64,000 bases of DNA from Callorhinchus milii (Eukaryota). Where the stretch lies: contig NW_024704765.1 in assembly GCF_018977255.1 (NCBI RefSeq), positions 9,300,001-9,364,000 on the forward strand. The letters are read 5' to 3'. A program made the translations under genes and the position numbers. Shown piece after piece: positions 1-10,484 of this stretch; the first letter of the stretch is position 1; every line of letters starts with the position of its first letter. The notes below the pieces were generated by a model. The model was not told the DNA's origin. It searched no databases and saw only the letters and a program-made list of their open reading frames with translations.

Positions 1-441
1 CTTATCACGTCTTCGAGACAACTCAAAACGCTTCGCAAGAATATACTGTAAAACAAATGGACTACGTGTTCTGTGGGCGAAAATGCGGCAGCCAATTGCG
101 CACAGCGGCGTCCCACAAACAGTCGTGGATCGAGTGATGAAATTTATTTTATTTATTTGCGGAGGGATTATTCTTATCCCTGGAAAGCGATCTGCAAATT
201 GACCAATGACTCGGTTCCTACTTACCGCTAGGTAAACAGAGGCGTGTGGAGTGAGGAAATTTGTTGAGGTTTCACCCTGCCATACCTATACGCCCAACAC
301 TGGGAGCCTGGCACTGGGGAGCGGTGAGCACGGCCACAACGCCTCACACAGCAGCTCACAACGACAGTGGACAAACTGGTGACCGTTTCCCTTCTCTCCC
401 CCTCCCCGCCCGCCCGCCCCAACCATCTCTCAGTTACTCAC

Positions 442-3379
442 TCCATGAGGTTTTGGAGCTCCGTGGGATTTGATCATGTGACTCTGCAAGTCTCTCTTCT
501 GCATGAACTGGTGGGGGCATGACAGGCACTGGAAGGGTTAAAGCAGAACAGGAATCGCTTAACCAGGTGGGACTGAGGATCGGTAGATAGAGACACACAC
601 AGAATCACGTGCGCGCGCAGAGAAAGAGACACACACACAGGCACGCACAGACAGACAGAGAGAGAGAGAGACAGAGACAGACACACACACACCACCCAGA
701 AACAACACAAGTAAACAAATTGTTTGGGAGATGAGAAATGGCTAGTCCTGAACGCAGCAGGCAACATCCGCCAAAGGCCAAGCGGGTCTGCTGGCTGCTG
801 AGATTCGGATCAAGCACATGCAATGTGATCAGATATTCACAAACATCGGAGCGAACCTGGTTTAGAAGAACGTGTGCGAGCAGCAGATGCACTGGATTTA
901 AACGAAAACGCCTCGGATTCCACACAGTCATCTGAATCTCTGACAGCTCCAAACCCAGGAATTAAACAACTTTTAAGGTGGGGTGGGGGGGGGGGTGAAA
1001 CAAAATAAATTGCTGGACACAATGAGATTGCTCAAGGTCAGTTTGCACCAGCGCTCTCTCACCTTGTATGGCATCTCACCCGTGTGAGACACCACGTGTT
1101 TTCTAAGTTCAATCCTTCCTTTGAACGTCTCCTTGCATTCGGGACAGGTGTAAATCTGTCACAAAAACAATACAGTCAGAACAACAACATGGGGAGGTGC
1201 GGGGGGGTGAGAATGGTGTCATATCGGGGGCGGAAAGCAGCTTGGGTCGAGGGCGGCAGCCAAAGCGCGCACCCCGAGACTAAGAGCCAGCGATCGATCA
1301 GAGGGTCAGTGTGAAATGGGTCGTGGAGAAGAAGGACTACCCAAGGACAACTAAAGACACAGCACTCATCTTCCCCCCCCCCAACCCCAGCTCCTAGCTG
1401 GACAGTCATCCTGGACGACTGCAAGCTCAAAATCCCTATCGCGAGGAGGGGGGCTTCAACCCACAACCTTGCTAGCCAGAGGCCGCGAGCGACTGAACCC
1501 GGCTGCGACAGCTAACTGTGGGGCCCAGCCATGTCTGGACTGGAGGCGTTCAGAGTGACAATAAATATCAAAAACATATAAGCGGGCGTTAAAAATAACC
1601 CGCGACTATAATTTTGTGTTAAGGGGTTTTGCTTCACGTACCACGTCCGCTCTAGTCAGGCAGTTCCTGGCCTCGTGTTTCAGCAGGTTTTCCTTCCTGA
1701 AGTAACACTTTCCACATTTGCTGCATTTAAACGGTTTCTCTCCCGTGTGTTTCCTGAAGACAAGACAAAACAAGATAGCGTGAGAGGGAGGTGGGTAGGG
1801 GGGGGCGGGGGAGGAAGGGGTCAGTCAGTACATTGCATCTCAAGTGTGCTGCCGCATTTGCCTACATATACACACGGTCATTCCATTTCCCAGTACATCC
1901 CATGAAGCGCTTTGAGATGTCCTTCGGATATGAAATAATAATCCTTGCATTTGCATCTTCAAGACGTCTCAAAAGATACACACACGCAGCTCTAATTTTA
2001 AGGATTCTGGCTCCCTAAACTCCCCCTTCACCCCCCACCGTCTCTGCCAGTGCAAAAGATTAATTCCCACATCAATTCCCTTCATTAATGTAAACCCCTC
2101 AATCACTTCACCCTTTAACCTCCTCCGCTGTCAGGAAGGTAAGCTCTAGGTTTAAAAAAACCTAATCATAATAATCACAGTAAATCACAATCCACGATAG
2201 TTTGTTGGACACTGCTGTGTGAAATTGGCTGGCACTTTGCCCACAAAATATACAGTCAATTTACTTTGACAGTATATCCTGTGAAGCAATTTGAGACGTC
2301 TCAACGATGTGATAAGGGGCTATATCAAATGCAAAGATTATGATTATCCCCACCTCAGGTGCCCAGCCAGCTCTGCGAATCTGTGACGTACAAGGCCTTG
2401 TATAAACCTACCTGTTATGAACCTTGAGGTAATATTTGCTAAGAAACGTCTTGTGACAAGTTGGGCATTCGACTGGCTCGCTCTTGGCGTTGGCTGGGTC
2501 AGCATCTCCGAGACTCTGTCCCTCCGGTCCCTGAGCTGCGGCTCTCAGTAACGTAGGCCTCTTCCGCTTCTTGTACGAGTGTTTGATCGGAACATAATCA
2601 TCATCCACTTCGTCGCGCTCGTCCATCTCTCCCTCATCTTCTTTATCCTCCTCCTTGACAAGGTCCATTTCCGGGGCGGCACCGTCGCTCCCCCCTCGCA
2701 CACTCCCCAGGCCGTTTTGCTCGCACTCCACCCGGCCACCTTCCCCAGCGTCATTGGTCTGATCGGGGACAAGCTCCCCTTGGGTCACCACACACTCCCC
2801 GTCCCGGTTCCGCTCACCAGAGGCCTTGACCCTCTCCCTTTCCCGCTCGGTCGGCAGCTGAACTCTCCCCGTCCTCCCACACCGCTCCGCCCTCTGGTGT
2901 CTCAATTGGTACTTGGATGTCGGTCGGTTCAAAGTCACCGCTTCCCCAGCCTCAGGTTTGGTGGCTGACGGCCCGTTGACCGTTCCGCCCTCCCCTGGAG
3001 AGACACTCCCCTCACCGTTACCCGCCAGGCTCTGCTGATAATGGCGGCACATTTGAACGGCATCAGGTATGCACAGCTCCTCGGCGGCGCTCAGCACCTC
3101 ACACACATTGGCTCGAGTCAGTCGCAGGTCGCCCGTGTAGATGAAGTCAAAGAGAAGTGCCAGTACGCCCGTGCAGCTCTGGGGGAGCTGGAGATCGGCC
3201 GACATTCCCTGCCTGTACACGCCATGAAAGAAACGGCTGCAACAGGACAGGATGCTGCGATGTGCTCTCAGGCACCGGCCTTCTACGTCCAGTGTCACGT
3301 CACAGAACGTTCCTTCTTCCCGCTGCTTGTTGAGGGCGTTGAGGATCTTCTTGCTGTGTTGGGCAAAGTAGTCTTCCAT
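442..3379 (-). CDS. ZBTB48: ZBTB48/TZAP BTB-C2H2 zinc finger protein (5' part; continues beyond the left edge)
   Basis: Coding exons are 3379-2412 (BTB domain [30 protein letters not shown]... to [21 protein letters not shown]), 1753-1642 ([31 protein letters not shown]), 1155-1063 ([31 protein letters not shown]) and 528-442 ([29 protein letters not shown]). All introns are GT-AG with compatible phases, and the fingers closely match human ZBTB48 ZF1-4. Confidence 0.96.
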
Positions 3380-4799
3380 GTCGACTCTGTTTTAAAAAAA
3401 AGTATAGCATCAGTCCAAGCGATGCTGTCAAATTTTCTCCCACAAAATATACAAGTGCCAATGGGACAAGTGATATTGACTGTCACAAGCAGAACCAGAG
3501 GACACAGCCTTCGATTGAAAGCGGGTGAATTCAGAACAAATCTGCGAAACACTCGTTCAATGAGTGAGTAGTAATCATATAGAACAGGCTCCCCAGAGGG
3601 AAACGGTTGAAGCAAGAAGTGTTGTTGCTTTCAAGAACAAATTAGATGGATTTCTGTTAGGAAATTATATCTCAGGATACAGTGTATAGTGTGGGACTTG
3701 ACACGCACATGCAACTGCCAAGATGATGGGAGGCAAACTGTTCTTACTACACTTCACAGCACATCCTCTATGAGATGCTTTGAAACACATAATCCTAATG
3801 TGCAAGGCGCTATATCAATCACAAGGTTTATTATCTATTTATCAGTTAACATCGGTGGATGAGGGAGGAGAGTCAGTAGATGAGGATGACGTGGTCGACT
3901 GCATTGAACACTGTGGAAATGTCCAGAAGAACGAGGAGGCAGAGGGAGCTCTGGTCACACAGAGAGAGGACGTCGTTAGTGACCTTGCGTGGCCTCACCC
4001 GAGGCCTCCGATCTCTCGGCTCACGTCTTCAGGTTGGTCAGGTCTCCCCGGTCCTGCTCCTCTTCACCTCTGAAACACACAGTCAATCCACTTCACAGTA
4101 ACATCCTGCGAAGCTCTTCGGGACTTCTCGACGACGTGAGAAGGCGCTGTATCGAACGCGAGGCTTGTTATTCCCTGCCCGATGGGAGGTCCAAAAAAAA
4201 AAAAAAGAGAAGAGAAGAGCGAAAGGGGCCTATTCCAGGGCACACTCCCCTATAAAAACCCAAAGAGAGGGAAGCGAAAGACATCAGCGCGAGATGTTGT
4301 GATGTTCATAGCGCTGTAAATGGCCAATGTAAATGGCCCTATCAAACCAAACCAAACCCAACCTTCCCTCGACCTTCCTCCCTCAGCAGCGGCAGTTTGC
4401 TGGGAGAGATGACAACTCAGAAAATCATGGAATCACAGAGCACAGAGGAGGAGGAGGAGGAGGAGGAGGAGGCGGCGGAGGAGGCCATTCGGCCCATCGT
4501 GTCTGTGATGGCTCTGTGAGACAGGAGGGGGTGGGGAGGAGGAGGGGTGGGGGGGGGGGGGGGAAGCTACCACCCAGTCCCACTCCCCAGAGCCCTGCAA
4601 ACTTCTCCTCCCCATGAGTGCATTTGGACCTGAGAGCAAAAGCCTTCAGCTTTCCTACCTGTTGGCTGACGTTTGCCCCCCACACCCACCCACCCCCTCC
4701 TCCCCCTCCTCAGGAGCTGCAGTGGAAATGACTGAGGAGCCTCCAAACGCTCCTGAGCCTCATATCTGCGGGATACGGTGTGACGCCTCTGCAGATGGC

Positions 4800-5290
4800 C
4801 ATGTGGGGGGGGCGGGGAGGAGGAGGAAAGCTCACTGAGCATGCGCCGTTCACGTCCCCGCGTGTTCTGCGCATGCCCGGAGCGCGGGGGCCGCTGGGAG
4901 TTGTAGGTTTCCCGCCGCTCGGCTCTCGCCCCCTCCGGCCCCCCCCCGCCGTCGCCGCGGCCTCGGCTTCTCCCGTCCCCCGAGGTAACCTCCCCCGCCG
5001 CGCGGCGGCTCACCTGCTCCCTTCTCCTCTCCCTCCCTCCCTGCGATGCCTTCGCGCGCCGCTCTCCTCAGACCGCGGCGGCGCAGCTCTGGTCCTCCCT
5101 CCCGCCCGCCCGCCGCCGAGCTGAGGCCTGAGAGGATCGCTGACTGCATCCAAGATGGCGGCCAAGCGGTGTTTTTATGCGGCGGGCGGGCGGAGTGGGT
5201 GGGGGGGGGGGGGAGGGGGCGGGAGCGGATGTCACGTGACCTGTCCGCCCGCCATCTTGGAAATGGTCCAAAGCTTCTTCTGTTACCATG
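4800..5290. promoter_or_regulatory. CpG-island promoter and probable non-coding exon 1 of ZBTB48
   Basis: The region is CpG/GC-rich. It has YY1 motifs CAAGATGGCGG at 5151-5161 (+) and 5249-5259 (-), a palindromic E-box GTCACGTGAC at 5231-5240, and NRF1-like GCGCATGC motifs at about 4838-4876. A minus-strand donor CAG|GTGAGC at 5014/5013 pairs with the acceptor at 3387-3388, just upstream of the ATG. Confidence 0.75.
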
Positions 5291-5395
5291 GCGATGGCAT
5301 CCTTGGCCTCCACTGCTGTATCCTCTCTCTCTCCCCCATCCCGGCTGCTGCGTCTCCTGTCTCTCTTCCACCCAGAACCCACTGCCTCGCACACG

Positions 5396-5700
5396 ACCAC
5401 GACCTTTCCTGATCAAGATGCCGTACGTCATTCGTGGTCGGGCATTCAGCACCTCCGCCCCCCCCCCCGCACGCTCTGGAACTCTATCCCTCCGCCTCAC
5501 CCCCTCTCTTGCCCTCTTCAAGTCTTGTCTGAAGACCTTCCTCTTTGACCATGCCTTCGGTCACCCTCCCCACCCCTACCCGCCCTGACTTCGTCCCGCC
5601 TGACCCCAACACCCAGCTCAGGTCCAAAATCCCATGACTCTCCAGCGCCCCGGGACATCTTTCCGACGTGAAGGGCTCTACACAAGCGTAATTTGTTGTA
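5396..5700 (+). mobile_element. L2-type LINE 3' fragment
   Basis: Encodes the ORF2 C-terminal-like SLALFKSCLKTFLFDHAF, followed by a 3' tail (gggacatctttccgacgtgaagggctcta...ttgttg) shared with the copy at 31355-31812. Confidence 0.7.
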
Positions 5701-5880
5701 TATAACTACCTCTTCCGCTGGGCCTTTCTCAGCCCCCTCTTTTTCACGCGAAGGGCAGTGGAAATCTGGAACTCTCCCTTTCCCCCCCAAAAGGCTGTGG
5801 ATGCTGGATTAATTCAAATTTTTAAAAAAATTGAAATCCCCAAATTCCGGATACGGGCAGTGACTGGAGAAGCTTGTTTA

Positions 5881-6090
5881 ATAATAATAATAATAATCCT
5901 TGCATTTGATATAGTGCTTTTCACGTCCGGCGGACGTCCCAAAGCGCTTCACAGAACACACTGTAAAGAGAATTGACTGTATATTTGTGGGCGAACGCGG
6001 CAGCCAATTGCGCACAGCAATGTCCCACAAACAGTCGTAGATTGAAAATGACCAATTTATTATTGTTTTTTTTTGGAGGAACGATTATTA
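5881..6090 (-). mobile_element. tRNA/Deu SINE 3' portion
   Basis: Reverse complement of the SINE body and (TTA)n tail seen at 13644-13978. Confidence 0.85.
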
Positions 6091-7493
6091 GGCGTTTGAT
6101 TAATGGCTATGCTTATTTGATGAATGTATCTGATTTAGAATTGTATTGTCCTTGCTCAGTTGGTTGCTGGAAAGCAAGACAGGGAAACTTTGACGAGGGA
6201 CACAATACCTCATGCGGGGATTGTACTTGGGAATAGGGGATGTCACACTATTCTAACCCTCTCAATGGGTTTTCCAATCCATTCTCAGTAAAGCGCATAG
6301 AAATGTGATTCCTATGCGAAAAGAGCTGCATAAATTGCAAGTTGTTCGTCTTGTTTCTGCAGTGTCGAGGCAGCAGGTCTGTGGCAGCTGCTGTTTTAAA
6401 AGAGACATTGCACATGGCGCCATGCAGCATGACATGGTCATTCACCTCAAGGCATAAATAAACAACGCTCTGAAAACACGCATCTTCAACATCCCCAGAA
6501 CGAGCAAATAGTTTAACTTCTCATCCGGCACTGCACTGGACCGTCAGCCTGGACTGCAAGCTCAAAGCCCCCCCAATATGGGAATCGATCTCACATTCTT
6601 CATAACCCAATTTGGGATGAGCTCCCATCTCTCCTAGGAAAATCTGTGCAGCGTGGGTGAGTGCTCTATTTACAATGAATTAAAGAGCGGGGGTCTTGCT
6701 TGGGTGGTCACTGACAAACAGCAATTATAAATGGTTGATCACCTTGATCTTCAGTAATAACTGGGGCAAAATTAACCTTTAAAATAATTGGTTGCCTTTT
6801 TCCATTTCCTTCATTTAGTATCCAGAGCTCTCAACCCGTTGACAGTGGGTCAACAAACAGACGAAGAAGATAATTATCCACTTCCCTTCCGAGAAGTGCT
6901 AATAATCATTGCAATATGATGTCACGATATCTCAAAGGCCTCAGTTTAACATCTCCACCGAAGAATTGTGGGGACTCTGGTGAGCTTGGAATTAGGATCT
7001 GTGATGCTTTCTGCATTCGTTGAACACTCACTGTCTAGGCCCTTTGCATGAAGAATGTGGAGGGTTGGTGGGGGGGAAGAATCCCCAGATGGTGGAGGGG
7101 GGGAAATGCCTGTGGGTGTCTAAAATGTCAGAGACTTGAAGTTGCAACACGAATCTGGAGAGTAGGGGACACATTTGGGGGTGAGTGGGAAAGCAAGGGG
7201 ATGTGAGCAACCGCTCGGAAAAAACGCCTCTTCTCCTCATCTGCTAGCGTGATCCCAGCGTTTAAATTAATGACTGTTTCTGCAGGAAATTATTCATAAA
7301 GATGGCAATGGACGTTTTAATTTGCTGCCGCATCGTTTATTAAACCAGGCTCCGTGACTCACCTGGCAGAGTCAAGGCCTTGCAATTTAATTGCGTGTTA
7401 ATTATGCAGACCTCCCCATCGACTCCCCCACCCGAGATGTCACAGCATCAGGAAAAGACGTAAACTGTGGGGAGAGAGAGCTGCTTCCAAGGA

Positions 7494-7617
7494 GTATATA
7501 TAACGCGCGCACACAACATGCTGCATGAGAGAGAACTGGAGACAGAGCACAGAAAGCGGGAGAGAGCGAACTCACCTGCCAGCAACACCCAGACACTCCC
7601 TCACTACCCCGATCCAG
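7494..7617 (+). promoter_or_regulatory. TATA box and probable non-coding exon 1 of the osteocrin-like gene
   Basis: GTATATATAA lies at 7494-7503. A donor CAG|GTGAGA follows 7617, and acceptor AGs at 7709/7717 precede the ATG at 7720. Confidence 0.55.
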
Positions 7618-7719
7618 GTGAGATAAAATTTATTTCCTTCTTTCCTTTCTTCCGATGTCTCAGTGCATTCTGTCAGTGTTTGAGTCTGATTGCAGTCGCC
7701 TCTCTTTAGTTTTGCAGCA

Positions 7720-9137
7720 ATGTGTCTAAAGTGCTGGGTCGTGCCTGTACTGGCTGCTCTATTCCTTCCGCAGGGCTCCCCAAAAGCAGTCCCCCTGGAT
7801 GCACTTAAACAGGTAAGTCACGGCAAGATTTCTGCCTTTCTGTGTTCCATATTTCCACACGTGTACCTATTCCTTCCCTCCTTCATTTCCTTCTGTTTCC
7901 TTTTTTATACTTCCATGTTCCAATTTAAATTCAGATGTGGAGCAATGCCTTTCACTAATCGCCAGCCACGTGCATTCGCCCACAAAACACACAGTCATTA
8001 CACTTTACACAAACCCAGTGAAGCCGGTTTAAGTTCTTGATGTTATAACAACAACAACAAATTATGTTACACTCACGTTGGAAGAATGTCCCAAGGCGCT
8101 GGACATGAAGGATTTGCTTTCGAGCTAGGGGTTGGGATCACGAAGGATGGAGAACGGGGAGGGTAGGGGTAAGAGGGGGAATAAAGACACGGTCGAAGAC
8201 AAAGGTCTCGAGGTGGGCTTTGAAGGAGGCAAGAGAGAGGCAAAGAGACTGGGATGGAATTCCAATGGGTGGGGGAAGAAAGGATGAATGCAGAATGTTT
8301 CTGATGGTGGGTGGGCAGAGCAGGGGACATGGAACAGGCCTGATGCTGTATTAAATACAGGGATTAGTATTATTCTCTTGTTCTGCAGCTGGTGGAGTTA
8401 GTGGTTGCTGAGGAGGTCCTGGGTGGGATATCTCCTGCAGGAAGGGTCGAGTCAGACAGCTTGGGTTTCGTGGAAGAATTGGACTCCTCGATGGAAGACG
8501 GATTGAAGATCGGAATGGAGCAGAAGAGGAGTTTCCCCAACTTTGGTCTGCCTCTTGACAACCTGTCTGTGTGGCAAGCCAGAAACAAACAGAGGTAACT
8601 GTGACTTTGCCGTGCTTAACCCTTTCCCACCCTACACTCTTTCTGAGAACTTACCCTCAACAGGACCTTTCACATGGGCAGTGTGTAACATTTTACATGG
8701 CATTCATAAAGTAAACCAGAACCGTAATTTAGAATGGAGCCAGTACAGCAGAACAAGAGGATGCAGGTTTAGAGTTGCAAAGGGACAATTTCAGTTCAAG
8801 CAGTAGGAAGTTTTTCTTTATCCAGTGACAAATCAACAACTGGATAATCAACGTTGCTGGGAAGGGTGGTTGAGACCCGGACACTGGGACTCATTTAAAG
8901 AATAGCTTAGGGTGGGTGTGCTAGAAGGATGAGATCAGATGGGTTGAAGAGACGGGTGGAGGGGAAAGAATTGGTGGGAAAGCTCCCAGAGAAAAAATAG
9001 CCTCTTATTACAATTCCGATGAATGTTCTTCCCAAATTTGTTTCTGCAGAAGCTTCCCGCAGATTCCCAAGCCGCGGTTTTCCGCGCCTCTGGACAGAAT
9101 AGGGAGTTCCCGGCTCTCCTCCCAACGCCTCGCCTAA
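7720..9137 (+). CDS. Osteocrin/musclin-like prepro-hormone (128 aa), probable OSTN paralogue
   Basis: Exons 7720-7812, 8389-8594 and 9050-9137 (GT-AG, phases 0 and 2) give MCLKCWVVPVLAALFLPQGSPKAVPLDALKQ|LVELVVAEEVLGGISPAGRVESDSLGFVEELDSSMEDGLKIGMEQKRSFPNFGLPLDNLSVWQARNKQR|SFPQIPKPRFSAPLDRIGSSRLSSQRLA*. It has a signal peptide, an acidic pro-region, a KR site and two natriuretic-peptide-like motifs. Compare human OSTN KKKRSFSGFGSPLDRLS...PKRRFGIPMDRIGRNRLS. Confidence 0.9.
8045..8340 (-). mobile_element. L2-type LINE 3' fragment in intron of the osteocrin-like gene
   Basis: Reverse complement resembles the L2 end at 31560-31812 (WNSIP..., gcgccttgggacatt, (caa)n tail). Confidence 0.65.
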
Positions 9138-10484
9138 TGCCAAGTGCCGCCCGGGGTGACCCTCCTTGAGACGTAAGAGAAACGAAGATGTGTTGTGAAG
9201 ATTTCTCTGTGACTGGAACTCGCTCGGGCAAGTAGCTGGGGGATGGGGATGGGATGGGGGTTGGGGGATGAGGAGGAGACAGCCCGGTCGGTGTGCACCA
9301 GCAGTTGTGTGTTGTCTGTTGTTGCATTCTCTCTGTCTGCGTGCAGGGTTTTGTTGTGTTATTTACTGCAAGAGAGAGAGGCCTGAAAGGAACTGCGTTT
9401 ATGTGTTTGCAAGATAATAAATATTGGGGGGAAGGGTTGGCGGAGGGTGGGGGAGGGGTGAGTGCGCATGAGTATGGGACGTGACTTTGTGTTCTGCATC
9501 GGTTTCTGTGCCAACCGGGCAAGATTGGTTGCCACGGTGACTGTCTCCATGTTGGATACCCCCTCTCTTCTCCCCTCCTCTACACATACTGTTCACCTGT
9601 TCACCTGTTCAAAGTCACAGCATGAAGGTGATTTCAGTGGCTTCATTAAAAAAAGCATAATTGTTTTTATTTGGGGGAGATTGTGGACTTGACTGTTCCC
9701 TTCAAAGGAGCTGTGGTGCTGGAGGAATAAAGGTCTCTTTCAAAGCATCTCTCGTGCCTTGTTTCACTGGTGATGCCTGTGGCTGGAGGGCATAAACTTA
9801 AGATCATCAACAAAAGGGAGAGCGGGGGGTAGTCAGGGGGAATGCTTATTATTACAAACAGAGGATTATCCGGAGATGGAATGACCTACTCCGGTGAACA
9901 TTAATGATCCCGTGGCGCTATTGGAACAGATACCATCCGTGTGATGATAATGATAGTCCTTACATTTGATATTGTGCCTCATCATTTTGTTGAGACATCT
10001 TCACAGAATATACTGTAAAATGGAGTGACTCTATATTTTGTGGATGAAATGTGGCAGACAACAACAACAACACGATTGCATTTATAGAGCGCCTTTCACT
10101 TCGGGAGGATTGCACACAGCAGTGTCCCACAAACAGTCGTGGATTGAGGGACCAAATTTCATCAGGGTCAGGTGGGGGGAAAGGAGGGAAGAGAGGGGAA
10201 TAGATTCCATGGGGAGAGGAGAAGGGAAAGGCCTGACAGGGGCACGAGTAGAAATAATTTTCCGTTTGAACATAAACCACCAAAAGTGTTTTGCAAAACA
10301 TACAGGGATTTTATTGGTAAGATTGAAACAGAAAAATTAGCAAACACTTTGCCATTATTCTTTAATGCTGCTGCCTTTACTCAGTTCAGGAACACATATA
10401 CTGTATCTTCCAACAGGGCACAAAATAGTAACCGCTCCCTGGGTGGAGGGGGGGAGGTGGGCGCGCAGGAGCACCAGGTGCTCC

